64,000 bases of DNA from Eledone cirrhosa (GCA_964016885.1 OZ024743.1:65782001-65846000); one strand, 5' to 3'; positions 32,018 through 46,262 are shown, numbered from the stretch's first letter. The notes: generated by a model not told the origin, from the letters alone. Numbers and translations are program-made.

Positions 32018-33107
32018 CTTGGGGAGGGTCATATTTGCGTAATATTGCCAGAATTAATAACAGAACACACTCACTGTTTGGTTGGTTTTCGCTTCTCGCT
32101 GTCTTTTATATCTGCGATCTAACTTACTCGGTCCTCAATCTTGCCATTGACTGACCGACGGTCAAAAATAATACAGATACAATATAGACACAAACACATA
32201 TATATAGTTTACATAATTTACATAAATCTTTCGTTGCACATCTGCAACATCGTCAGTGGTGTTATATTCTTTGTTCCTCCTGTTGTGTTGTATGTCTACG
32301 CCATTTTTTATTCAGTCTGTCTATATATTTATTTATTTATTTGCTTGTTTGTTTATCTTATTTTATTTTGTCTTCTTTGCGCATGCGTTTGCGTGTGTGT
32401 ATAGTGTTATGTGTGCTGTGTGACTAGTGTGTATAGTGTTGTGTCTGCTGGGTGACTAGTGTGTGTTTATGTGCTTGTTGTTATTGTGCTTGTGTATGTA
32501 TTTATTTATCTTATTTTATTTTATTTTATTTACTTATTTATACTTCTCTTAGGTCAGTGTTGTTTGTTTGGGTGTTGTTGTTGTTCCACTCATTCTTTCT
32601 GTTTAGCTTTGGTCTTCTAATTTCTATTTCACTGGCCTCTCTGATTTGCCTATCTGCTGGGTCATTCCTATGTTTAGATATTATTCTAATTTCCATGTTG
32701 TCTATGTTACCGTCATGTTGTTGTCTAGCATGTTCGTATAGTACTGACCCGTTTTTTCGTCCTTTTAGTTCCCCCCAGTGTTGGTCTATCCTTTCACCTA
32801 TGCTACGAGCTGTCTCACCTATGTATGTTGTTGTCATGTTTCTGCAAGTACCCTCTGTACATCTTATGCTATAGACTACGTTTCTAGTTTTACAGTTTAT
32901 CCGGGGGTTCACCTTACATATGATACATTTCCTATTGGTACAGTGGGTTTTCTTAAAAGGGTAGGTTTTGCTGATCAGGGATTTCATGGTGGTTCCTGGC
33001 TTTTCTACCACCTTTATTTTTAAGTGGGTCTTTCTCAGGGCCTTACTACACTGGTTAGCTACACTGGTTAGCTACACTGGTTTTCATATAAAAAACCTCG
33101 CTAAACT
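32013..33107 (-). mobile_element. 3' fragment of a PLE (Nematis-like, clade tentative) with GIY-YIG ORF 32538-33011
   Basis: CTNRKCIIC..NCKTRNVVYSIRC..TYIGETARSIGERIDQH..LYEHARQQH..RQIREA..LNRKNEW. The 3' end is shared with 40926-41420. HHR-like CUGACGA-U-GUUGCA..UGCAAC-GAAA at 32193-32263. Confidence 0.85.
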
Positions 33108-33295
33108 AATATATATATACACACATGCATATTTACCTACCCACATTCATATATACACACATACATACACATATACATGCATGCATATAATTATATATAC
33201 ACATATACATGCATGCATATAATTATATATAGGTTCATAGGCTGACTCTCATGGAATGATCAACTGTGGTTTACTTTTCAACATAGTCAATAATA

Positions 33296-33714
33296 ATGGT
33301 TTCTTATTTAGGCACAAGGCCAGCAATTTTGGAGGAGGTGAAAGTCGATTAAATCGAGCTTAGTCCGTGACTGGTACTTTATTTTATCGACCCCATAAGG
33401 ATGAATGGCAAAGCTAACCTAGGCGGGATTTGAACTCAGATTATAAAGGGCCTTAATTCTATGCTGCAAAGCATGGTGTCCGACCCTCTACCGATACGGC
33501 CAATCCACCACCCTCAGTCAATAATAATTGTTTCTACTTCTGGCACAAGGCCAGCAATTATCCCAGTACATTACTGGTACTTTATTTTATTGACCCCGTA
33601 AGGATGAAAGGCAAAGTTAACCTCGGCGGGACTTGAACTCAGACTGTAAAGGGATGTAACTATGTTAGAAGGCATGGCATCGAACCCTCTACCGATACTG
33701 GCAATTCACCGCCC
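33296..33714 (-). mobile_element. Two tandem SINE family 1 copies
   Basis: Reverse complement of the consensus twice, with AGTCAATAATAAT repeated at the boundaries. Confidence 0.9.
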
Positions 33715-33859
33715 TATAATAATAAAAGTTGATATTAATTTAGGCTAAGTTTCACAGCAATAGCATAACTCCTTCAGCCGACCCTCATACGTAAATACAT
33801 ACATATATACATACGTACGGACATACACACATATACATTCTTGAGAAAACTTACGCAGT

Positions 33860-34290
33860 GCACTGTATATGTGAGTAGAATTACACTGAATCAAGCGGAA
33901 AGGTTCAAGCATCTCGGCGCCGGCTCCATGAGTGATGGTAAGCAGGAGGCTGAATTAAATGAAAGAATTGTTGGAGTTGCTGGAGTTTGTGCAATAATGC
34001 GCCAGCTTCAGCATTCGTCCATCAAAAGAAAGGAGGCATGTGTAAAAACCAAACTCACAATCTTCAATTCTATGTTCGTGCCAACCCTTACGTGTTGTCA
34101 TGAATGTTGGGCAATGACTGAAGTAATACGATCTGGAATACAAGTGACCATATTAGGGTTCCAACGAAAGGTCTATCGTGTAACCTTATTTGATAGGGTG
34201 TGTAGCTCAGAGATGAGGGTGTCGCCCACTTTAGAGCTGCTACTTTTCGGCAAAGAGAGATCACTGAGTGTTTCATTTCTCATGATTACA
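33860..34290 (+). pseudogene. RTE-like LINE fragment (region downstream of the RT core)
   Basis: ERFKHLG..ELNERI..TKLTIFNSMFVPTLTCCHECW..VTLFDRV. Confidence 0.75.
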
Positions 34291-34348
34291 AAGGAATGAA
34301 ACAGTTCTAGTCCTATAGAGTCAATTTCTATCTCTCTCTCCTTCTCCC

Positions 34349-34506
<158 letters not shown>

Positions 34507-34839
34507 TTATTTTAATATAAATTATATATTTTATATACATACGGACAACATGCTTGCTGCATAGAGTTACATTCCTTTAAGTTCTGAGTTCAAATACTTC
34601 CAAGGTTAACTTTGCCTTTCATCCTTACGGGGTCGATAAAATAAGGTACTAGTAATGCACTGGGGTCGGTTTAATTGGTTCACCTTGTGCCTATAGTAGA
34701 AATCATTTTTATTAAAAAAAAAACATTGTGGAAACAAGTTAACCGCCAGGGCTCACCGTAGAGGTTCTACCTTTTCAATATATATAAAGCGTGATTGGAA
34801 AATTGCTTTGGCTTGTGTGTTTCTGCTATTAAATCGATT

Positions 34840-34994
<155 letters not shown>

Positions 34995-35145
34995 TATATA
35001 CACACACATATATACACACACATATATACACACACATATATACACACACACATATATATACACACACATATATATACACACACATATATATACACACACA
35101 TATATATACACACACATATATATACACACACATATATATACACAC

Positions 35146-35260
<115 letters not shown>

Positions 35261-35300
35261 TGTGTTCCTGTATACATATTATATGTATATAAGTATATAT

Positions 35301-35900
35301 AGGTATCTAGTCTTTAATGCGAAGATATACCAACGATAATCAGCAGAATACTGATGAAGGACATTCTTGTTTCTTGGTCTATTTTTATTCATATGTTCAT
35401 AATCGCAACAACGCAGCACGCCATTTTTCATTCACATACATTTTTTCCCTTCGCTGTGGTTTGTATTTTTTCTGTCACCTTACTGCTTTCCTCTTTCTCT
35501 CTCTCCCCTTCTCTCTCCTTCACCTCTTGCTTTCCCCCACTCCCGCTGCTGGTCACTCACTCTCGGCTGGCCCCTTCCTCACACTTTCACTCACTCACTC
35601 TCTGCTACTCCTTCTCTCTCACTTCCTCCCGCCTGACCTGCTTGAATTTCTTTCCTCTCTCCGTCTATTTCTTCTCGTCATTTGATTTGTCGGACTTAAA
35701 CCCACAAGATTCATTGACTTGTCTCTCTTTTCCTCTCTTTACGTTGCATTACTACCATGTTGTTTGTTTCCTTTCCTCTGTCCCGATAACTTAATTTAGT
35801 TATCGCTCGCACTAATTTTAGGTATCTAGTCTTTAATGCGAAGAAATACCAACGATAATCAGCAGACTACTGATGAAGGACATTCTTGTTTCTTGGTCTA
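35301..35900 (+). mobile_element. Non-coding 519-bp unit with about 80-bp terminal direct repeat, in (TA)n; related circularly permuted copy at 38500-39085
   Basis: 35301-35380 is repeated at 35820-35900. The pyrimidine-rich body and the CTGATGAAGGAC motif are shared with 38500-39085. Confidence 0.75.
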
Positions 35901-36463
35901 TATATACATGATTGCTGCCCCTCGTTATCGAGTATGGCCACTGCACGATATAACATTATAAATAATTATCAGTTAATGCTATCGTGCAATGCTTGTGCGT
36001 GAAGATATTTTTAAAAGTGAGGAAAGACTGTGCACTTAGCCAATCCCACTCTCTGAGTGACAATAGCTATAACCAGAAAAGAGGAAAAGACCAACATCAT
36101 CGGTAACTACTGAGCCGCAGCTTTTATGTCGGAGTTATCCCAGTTTCCTGAGTTGCCTTCTAGAAGAATACCATAACAAAGGCTAGGGATCCTTTACTCC
36201 CAGCGGTTTAACCGCATGATCGGGTGTCCAGCCCGACTATTTCTATGTCCCTGCGCATATACATACATATGCACACATGTATATACATATTTACACAATT
36301 TTGGATGGCCATTGACTCTCATGAGTTCTTCCGCCCTTTGTGTACAAGTGTATATGCAGTTATTAGATACATACATACAAGCTGGCTGCCCCCTCGTTAT
36401 CGAGTATGGCCATTGCACAAAAAAAAACATAATAATAACAATAACGACAATAATAATAATAAA

Positions 36464-36645
36464 TGTTTCTACTTTTGGCACAAGGCCAGCAAATACCCAG
36501 TACATTACTGGTACTTTATTTTATCGACCCCGTAAGGATGAAAGGAAAAGTTAACTTCGGTGGGATTTGAAATCAGACCGTAAAAAGACGTAACTATGCT
36601 AGAAAGCATGGCGTCCGACCCTCTACCGATTTTGCCAATTCACCA
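36464..36645 (-). mobile_element. SINE family 1 (head partly duplicated at 36944-37000)
   Basis: Consensus match on the minus strand. Confidence 0.88.
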
Positions 36646-36679
36646 CAATAATAATAATTATTTTTTTATTTTATATACA

Positions 36680-36713
<34 letters not shown>

Positions 36714-36803
36714 CGAGGTGTGTCAGAAAAGTTCTAGGACCGATGTCACAAAAGATTTATTTCAAACCCAAACTTCGCACTAAGAGTTTTCTGACAACAC
36801 CTC

Positions 36804-36804
<1 letters not shown>
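36714..36804. mobile_element. 91-bp Tc1/mariner-type MITE with TA target duplication
   Basis: TA-CGAGGTGTGTCAGAAAAG ... GTTTTCTGACAACACCTCG-TA terminal inverted repeats. Confidence 0.8.
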
Positions 36805-36890
<86 letters not shown>

Positions 36891-36891
36891 C

Positions 36892-36944
<53 letters not shown>

Positions 36945-37160
36945 ACTATGCTGAAAAGCATGGCGTCCGACCCTCTACTGATTCTGCCAATTCACCGCAA
37001 TAATTATTATTATTTTTTTATTTTACATACATACATACATGCATATATATATATTGTTATTTTTTTTATTTTATATACATACATACATACATACATACAG
37101 ATATATATGTATATATATATATATCCACCAGGGATGGTATTCTGTCATTACAACAGCAGA

Positions 37161-37249
37161 GGTCCGACGAGCTTTTGATTACAGAGTCGGGCCTGACCGA
37201 TATAGAAAGATCGAACCTTGAGCTGATCAATAGCGAAACGTGCGTCACC
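37161..37249 (+). ncRNA. PLE-type hammerhead motif with long stem II, core variant CCGACGA
   Basis: GGU-CCGACGA-GCUUUUGAUUA...UGAUCAAUAGC-GAAAC-GUGC-GUC-ACC, followed by AATAAA. Confidence 0.65.
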
Positions 37250-37291
37250 AATGAATAAACGTAATGAGGGCTTAACATTTCGTCCTTGTAT

Positions 37292-37327
<36 letters not shown>

Positions 37328-37847
37328 AGGTTTATATTTATATATATATATATACATAAATATAAACCTACAAATATGTGTGTGTATATTTGTACATATG
37401 TGTGTGTGTGTATATGTATGTACATATGTGTGTATGTGTGTATGTATATATATATGTACATATGCGTGTGTGTAGTTTCTATCTATCTGTCTATCTATCC
37501 ATCTATCTATCCATTTATCTATCAACCTACCTATATACGTATATATGTATAAGTACATGTATGTATGCGTATGCGTGTGTAACATCTAATAGCGAGAGAG
37601 GGAGAGAGAAAGAGGGGGGACGTGGAGAGAGGGGAAGAAAGGGAAGAGCAAGACATGATTTTGAATAATAAATAATTAAATAACTATCAAAGAAACACCA
37701 ACACAGTGATACTAAGAACTAAAGTGTATGTGAAAATAAGTTGAAACAGAGAAAGAAGGGGAGAGAATACAGGATGTTTACCTGAATATATTGGATATTA
37801 GAAAGGAGCTCTGTCACGTGTTGTCAATCAGCTGACTTTCTTCATTG

Positions 37848-37930
37848 TATTTTAATTTCCTGTATATTCTGAGAAATTGAAACTCGTTTTAGTAAGAAAA
37901 TGGCGCTATTTGGGTCGAAAAAATAAAGTA

Positions 37931-38000
<70 letters not shown>

Positions 38001-38001
38001 G

Positions 38002-38071
<70 letters not shown>

Positions 38072-38079
38072 ATCCATAC

Positions 38080-38113
<34 letters not shown>

Positions 38114-38188
38114 TGATACTTTATTTTTTCGACCCAAATAGCGCCATTTTCTTACTAAAACGAGTTTCAATTTCTCAGAATATACAGG

Positions 38189-38199
<11 letters not shown>
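37848..38199. repeat. Near-perfect inverted repeat centred on a (TA)n tract
   Basis: About 90 bp of unique arm plus CT/GA and TA microsatellite, mirrored on both sides. Confidence 0.95.
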
Positions 38200-38227
<28 letters not shown>

Positions 38228-38256
38228 AAAGAATAGAGGTGTAACACACAAGTTAT

Positions 38257-38488
38257 TATATATTGGTAAACGGAATAGAAAATGCTGACAAATTGTTCAC
38301 AGTTGAAAAATGGTTTAATTAGGAATAAAAAAGTATTAGTGATTGTATGGGTTAGTATTCAGTTGTGGTTTTAAAACCACAACTGAATACTAACCCATAC
38401 AATCACTAATACTCTTTTATTCCTAATTAAACCATTTTTCAACTGTGAACAATTTGTCAGCATTTTCTATTCCGTTTACCAATATATA
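38257..38488. repeat. Spacer-less 232-bp palindrome
   Basis: Centre GTGGTTTT|AAAACCAC at 38372/38373; one visible mismatch between arms. Confidence 0.95.
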
Positions 38489-39120
38489 TATATATATATC
38501 TGTTTCGTTCTTTGTATCTTTACCCTTTCTAGCAGTCTCTCTCTCTGTTAGCCTCTTCCTCAACTTTCACTCACTCATACCCTGTCACTACCTCTCCTCC
38601 TCTCCTCTTTCTTCCCGCTTGACCTGTCCGATTTCTTTTCTCGCGCACTCTTGGCCAAGCCGGTATGAAATTTTTTTTCTCTCTCTCTCTCGTCTGCGTC
38701 TTCACAGAACTTATGTTTACCGAATTCGCAGACCAGACCCCTTCTTCTTCCTCCCGTTAGACCTGTGCGAAATTCCTTCCTTGCTCACATTTCAACCAGG
38801 TCTGATGGTCTTTATTCTCTAGTTCACGATTTTATCGAGTTTATATTCATAGAAATCTGGGACTTGTCTCTTTCTTCTCACTTTCTGTTGCTTAAACCAT
38901 TTTGTTTGTTCACCCTAACGTTCTCTTTATTTACGTGTCCCAACGACTTTTTTTAGCCGTTGTTCGCACCAACCTGAGGTATATGGCCCTTAAAGCGATG
39001 AAATGCCTAGGACGGTTGGAGGGTCACTGATGAAGGACTCACTTTTTTATATGTAACCCATTTGCAACGCCGCAGCTCCATTATTATCATATATATGTAT
39101 ATATATATATATATATATGT

Positions 39121-39240
<120 letters not shown>

Positions 39241-39370
39241 ACATATATATATACATACATACATATATATGTATATATATATATACATATATATATATAT
39301 GCTGAAATCTATCAAATTTATCAAAGTTAAGTTATGTATATATATATATATATAGTTGTATGTAAGTGTG

Positions 39371-39493
<123 letters not shown>

Positions 39494-39665
39494 ATATACA
39501 CATATATACATATATATTTATATACATATATATACGTATGTATACTTAAATACATATATATATGTATATATATATATATATATATGTGTGTGTTTATGTT
39601 TAAATGTATATGTATTTATGTATACATATGTATATACATATATATATTCAAATATATATATATAC

Positions 39666-39696
<31 letters not shown>

Positions 39697-39719
39697 CATA
39701 TATTTAGTTGTATGTAAGT

Positions 39720-39760
<41 letters not shown>

Positions 39761-39985
39761 AATATACATGTATATACGTATATGCACATATATATATATA
39801 TATATGCATACACACATATATATATGTGTGTATGCAAACGTTGGTGTGTATACCTGATAATATATTCTATACTATTGATTAATTTTCAGTAACTTAGTAG
39901 AAGGTAATCCCATATAAATCTCTAAGTACTTATGTAATCCAAAATTATTATTAATATTAGATTACATGTACCTGAGTTACACATA

Positions 39986-40030
<45 letters not shown>

Positions 40031-40172
40031 GATAAATCTACCAAGAGTTTACGGTAATGTCCAATCCGTATGAAGAACTCAATGTAATCCGGGTATCATG
40101 GAAAGAAGAGATGCATTCAAAAATCACTTTCGGTGAAAGATAAACGGAATACAGAGTCAAGATAAAGTAATA

Positions 40173-40226
<54 letters not shown>

Positions 40227-40257
40227 TATAGTATATATATATATATATATATATATA

Positions 40258-40314
<57 letters not shown>

Positions 40315-40375
40315 TAAATATAAATATATAAATATATATATAAATATATATATATACATATATAAATATATATAT

Positions 40376-40517
40376 AGGAACAAGTATGACCCCGACGGCA
40401 GAGCTCAAGCCTTTTCGACGGCTATTTCTGGACTAAGTAAGAATTTTTTTCTTACATAGTGCAGAAATGGCCGTCGGAACGGCTTGAGTTCTGCCCTCGG
40501 CGTCATACTTGTTCCTA
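40376..40517. repeat. Imperfect palindrome of about 140 bp; related sequence at 46309-46410
   Basis: TAGGAACAAGTATGAC..GGCAGAGCTCAAGCC mirrored by GGCTTGAGTTCTGCC..GTCATACTTGTTCCTA. Confidence 0.85.
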
Positions 40518-40808
40518 TTACCCACTCAACTACACTAAGTATTGAATTATTTGGTGCGTTATGGTCCATCTGGTTCCTTACCACAAATCCTTCGATATAT
40601 ATGTATATATCTATGTATATATATAACTTTGAATAATTTTGAAATGCTTTGGCCAGTATTGGCCCAGGCCATGTCTAACTTAATAGCACCACCTGGCGAA
40701 GTCTTTCAATTCAGGATTTGGGCACCATGATTCCATATGTATATATGTATATATGTATATATATATATTTATAGATATAAATATCTATATCTATATATAT
40801 ATATATGT

Positions 40809-40910
<102 letters not shown>

Positions 40911-40925
40911 GTATATATATATATG

Positions 40926-41420
40926 TACAGTTTTGCGAGGTTTTTGATATGAAATCGTGTGTCGAAACAAATATTGTTATACTTGGGGACGGTCATATTT
41001 GTATAATATTGCCAGAATTAATAACAGAACACACTCACTGTTTGGTTGGTTTTAGCTTTTCGCTTCTGTGTCCTTTATATCGGTAATTTAATTTATTCGG
41101 TCCTCAATGTTGCTATTGTATTTTCTACGCCATCTTTCAGATGGCATAGAAAATATAATGCAACGGGAGGAAACAATAGCACCACTGACGCGGTTGCAGA
41201 TGTGCAACGAAAGAACTTTGATAAACTATATATATGTGTTGTGTCTATATTATATCTGTGTTTTTGACCGTTGGTCAGTCAATAGCAACATTGAAAACCG
41301 AATAAATTCAATTGCCGATATAAAGGATACAGAAGCGAAAAGCGAAAACCAATCAAACAGTGAGTGTGTTCTGTTATTAATTCTGGCAATATTACACAAA
41401 TATGACCCTCCCCAAATATA
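40926..41420. mobile_element. Non-coding fold-back derivative of the PLE at 32013-33107
   Basis: Arms 40976-41119 and 41280-41421 are inverted and homologous to 32013-32150; degenerate HHR CTGACGC-GGTTGCAGATGTGCAAC-GAAA at about 41185-41212. Confidence 0.85.
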
Positions 41421-41530
41421 ACTGTGTATGTACATATATACATATATATACATCTATATATATATATGTATGTATATATATATATATATGTACATATATA
41501 TACATATATATATATACATATATATATATT

Positions 41531-41564
<34 letters not shown>

Positions 41565-41565
41565 C

Positions 41566-41657
<92 letters not shown>

Positions 41658-42103
41658 ATATGTATATGTATATATATATGTATATATGTATATGTAGATA
41701 TTTTAAAATATGTATATGAGTTATATATGTATATAAATGAAACATTTCCGTAGGAAAGGTAAAGGAAAACAGAGTGCTCTATGTAGGCTACAGAGATTTT
41801 TAGTTATATATTAAACAACATAAGATAATTAATTCATTTACCAGTGGTTTCTTGAAGAAAGATATTAATATCTGTCTTCAATCGTCAGAATGAATAACCG
41901 AATGTTTATTGAATATGGATTTGAAAGCAAAATTTAGGAACTATGAAAGTGAGGCTGAAATCAAATAACGGGCAAAAAATTGAGGGGAAAAGAAAATATA
42001 TAAATAAAAATCCAGATCATACACACACTCAAACACACGCTTATATGTAATAGTACGTAAACGTATACATTCTCACAATATCGCTCCATACCCATATACA
42101 CAA

Positions 42104-42168
<65 letters not shown>

Positions 42169-42171
<3 letters not shown>

Positions 42172-42544
42172 CTTCAAAATATTAATAAATATACACATTC
42201 ATGTGATCAAATATATTTTACTATACATATTTCAGAGGTACTGAACTATTTCAACAGTACGTCCTCATCAGATAAAATAAGTTGATGCTTGACATACCTT
42301 GACTATGTTGATGGTTATAATTCAGTCATGGCATCAACTTCTTTTATCTGATGAGGACGTACTGTTGAAATACCTCAGAACCTCTGAAATATGTATAATA
42401 AAATGTATTTGATCACAAGAATGTCTATATTTATTAATATTTTGAAGTAATATTAACAACTCCAGAAACCCAATGTGGAGTGCTTATAATCTATTATGAA
42501 ACTTTATTCATTAATTTATTCATTGAACCTTGTTTAACCTTTAG

Positions 42545-42545
<1 letters not shown>
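42169..42545. mobile_element. Miniature fold-back PLE derivative with two divergent hammerheads (42216-42277 minus, 42342-42403 plus)
   Basis: UUUUAU-CUGAUGA-GGACGUACUG...CUCU-GAAA-UAUGUA-UA-(A/G)UAAAA in both arms; same terminal family as 28560-28807. Confidence 0.85.
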
Positions 42546-42591
<46 letters not shown>

Positions 42592-43003
42592 CATATATAT
42601 ATATATATATGTATGTAAAAGGTAACCAGAAATAACAACACATTCGGTACAGTATATGGAAGGTATATTATATATATATATATATACTTTAACCACTAAG
42701 CCATGCTTATACACATACATACAAATATCTATACACATACATACAAACAAACACAAAAGTCTATATACATACACGCATTTATATATACATACACACATAT
42801 ATATACATACACATATCAATATATATATGTATATATATATACATATATATATATATATGTATGTATATATATATATATACATATACGTGTATGTATATGT
42901 GTATATATATATATGTATGTATATATATATACATATACGTGTATGTATATGTGTATATATATATGTATGTATATATATATACATATACGTGTATGTATAT
43001 GTG

Positions 43004-43057
<54 letters not shown>

Positions 43058-43996
43058 AAGGCGCATGTCTCAGTGGTTAAAGCATTGGACTTGCAATCGA
43101 AAGGTTGTGAGTTCAATTCTCGGACCGGGTGATATGTTGTTTCCTTGAGTGTTAAAAAATTTATCATTTAATGTTATAATATAATATTATAATATCATGA
43201 GATGGTAGAGCCAGTAAGTTCTTTGTTAACTTCGGCGGGAAGAATTTTAGAGATTCTTGGTTAACTTGGGTTGGAGAACTTTCTCGCATTCGTCTGTCAG
43301 TGGCGATTGTCAAACTGAGATCAGAAATGTGTATAAGAGAGATTTGGATGTGTCTGGGGTATGGCGTGTGGTGTTAATGAGTGTTGATGATGATGAAGGT
43401 CCAGAGGAATTAAAGTATACATACACACACACACATACACATACACACACACACATATATACACTCAGAAAATGGTGAGGTTGTAAGATAAGAGTGTTTG
43501 AGAAGGTGGTCGTAAACCTACCCTCCTGCTGGTTTTATTTCATTAGCTGACCTTTGATGAGTATATAATGGCATAGCTGAAACAACTCTTCCAAATCCAT
43601 AAAGAATATCTTCTACAAATTTCTATATCAAAGATGAATTTAGGTCTGGGTTTTAATGAGGTGTAAGATTTTGATAAGAATGGGATGACAGGAAAAAGAG
43701 AAAAGAAGGACAGTTTGGGAGAGGAAGCGTGGACCTTCTTCATCATCAACACTCATTAACACCACACGCCACATCTGAGACACATCCAAACCATTTATGC
43801 ATAGTTTAGATTATATTATGAATATAATGCTGTGTTTATAAACAGAAAATGCCAATATTTTGATTGTGTATATTTTATTAAAAGCTGTATATTCATAGAT
43901 CAAATTTAACTAGTTTCTCGTTACCATTCACCCAAACACCTAAAGTAAAGAAGCATTGGGAATATATAATATTGTCGTATAATATTTACTGGTGAA

Positions 43997-44215
43997 AGGG
44001 CGGTGGGTTGGCAGTATCGGTAGAGGGTCGGACGCCATGCTTTGCAGTATAGAATTACGGCCCTTTATGATCTGAGTTCAAATCCCACCGGGGCTAACTT
44101 TCCCTTTCATCCTTAAGGGGTCGATAAAATAAAGTACCAGTCACGCACTGGGGTCGATTTAATCGACTTTCCCCTCACCCAAAATTGCTGGCCTTGTGCC
44201 TATATAATAAACCAA
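43997..44215 (+). mobile_element. SINE family 1, full length
   Basis: Consensus match; flanked by the direct repeat AATATTTACTGGTG. Confidence 0.92.
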
Positions 44216-45078
44216 TATTTACTGGTGGAATACTGGCCAAATTGTTAGAGTGTAGGACGCGATGCCTTGCATTACTAGTTCTACTTGCGAGGACGGGTCA
44301 GGGTGGTTATGTAGGCTTCAAACCAGCACAGCTACGTTGGTAACGGCACGTTGAGGCCTTCATCTAGCTGCGGACCAACAACGTGGAAATGGAAACTTAG
44401 GAGCCTCCACACTGTCATTTATCCCTCCTAGAAATATCAGCAAAATCTCTAACAATGTTGTAAAATCCTCTAGAAATAGAAGTAAAATCCACACTCGTAA
44501 AATCTAGAAATAGGAGAGAAATCTCTTTCACGGTATTAAAGTTTAGATATAGTTCTAGCCATCCTAAAAATAAAAAGCCCAGTTGAGAGCACAAATAAAT
44601 TGCTACGGCCGTCACTGGTGGGACCTACCACTGCAGGGGTCCGGGGAAATTGCCCCATTTGCCCCTCCCATTAAATCCGACCCTGTATGTGTGGAGAGGA
44701 GATAGGTGGCTTTTAAAATACCCTAGAAATGCTGTAGGTCAATACGGTGCCACTATGACACTCTCAGTGGTGGTGGTGGACCTGACTGCTATTTCTTGCA
44801 GATTAAGTGACCATGTGCAGGCTCTTCCTTCGATGACTCAACTTTAAGTTTGTACACGTGCTCTCCAGGGAATCTATTAAAGGCAGATCAACCACCACAC
44901 GAAGCAGGTCGTGCGACTACATATAACATTTATAGTACTTTTGTATTGTCAACTTGTATTGTTTATATTACAGTGAGATAAAGGGTTACAATGTTTTATA
45001 GTTAAATTCCAGTTCTTTCTTTATGAAAACAATTCTAAAGAATACAAAGGGGAACAATATACAAATACCAAATATATG

Positions 45079-45179
<101 letters not shown>

Positions 45180-45326
45180 ATATATATATATAATATATGT
45201 ATATACATATATATATCCAAAATTAAATTAAGGGTACATATATATATATCTCTCTCTATATATATATACAAATATATATAGATAGATAAAAAAGAAAATT
45301 TTCGTTCTACAATAAATACAATAAAA

Positions 45327-45798
45327 GTAATCTGAGTTTTTCGAATATTAATAATTACATTCGATTCGTTTGCAATTATGAAAACAAGCCTCAATTTTAT
45401 AGTCATGTCAGTAGAATGAACCCTTCATTCTTGCTCTTGTGTTGGCATGTGAACAGAACTGCAGACACTAATGTTTCTGGGTATCACCCTTCATCAGTAC
45501 AGCTCACTGTTCACCTGCCAAACTGTCTGCTAATATGCAAATCAGGCCGATCAGTCACTGTGTATATTTGAAAATAGTAAATATTTTCACTAGCTCTGAC
45601 AGTTTGGCAGGTGAACAGTGAGCTGTACTGATGAAGAGTGATTCCCAGAAACATTAGTGTCTGCAGTACTGTTCCCATGCCAACACAAGAGCAAGAATGA
45701 AGGGTTCATTCTACTGACATGGCTATAAAATTGAAGCTTGTTTACATAATTGCAAACGAATCGAATGTTATTATTAATATTCGAAAAACTCAGATTAC
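45327..45798. mobile_element. Fold-back element with two divergent hammerheads (45458-45503 minus, 45622-45667 plus)
   Basis: About 200-bp inverted arms; minus copy reads GCUGUA-CUGAUGA-AGGGUGAUACCCA-GAAA-CAUUAGUG-UC-UGCAGU. Confidence 0.88.
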
Positions 45799-45883
45799 AT
45801 TTATAGATAGATATGTATACAAATATACAAATATATATACTGTACCGATTGTGTTGTTATTTCTGTTTACCTTTTACAGACAT

Positions 45884-45932
<49 letters not shown>

Positions 45933-46262
45933 CACATTTGTATATTTGTGCACGTGTTTTACGGGATCTTTTGATGTTCATATTGGAATACATGTACCTG
46001 AAATGGTGTTGTTTGGTCTCTTTAAGAAGATAAATGGTTTAGATTTAAAAACAAATCTTAATGAAAACTGTAATTTTAGAAAGTATACAATTTGATTTGG
46101 TGAGGAAATACCTATGGATAGAATAGAAAGACGCACACATAACCAGACACAGACAGACACATACGTACATACGTATGGATTGTATATACACACATTGGCT
46201 GAAATAGGTAAGATACATATATACAAATACACACACAGACCCGCTCACCTCCATACACACAC

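Noticed and set aside
44635-44685. hAT-like terminus (CAGGGTCGGATTTAA on the minus strand)
   Set aside because: No matching second end or target duplication found.
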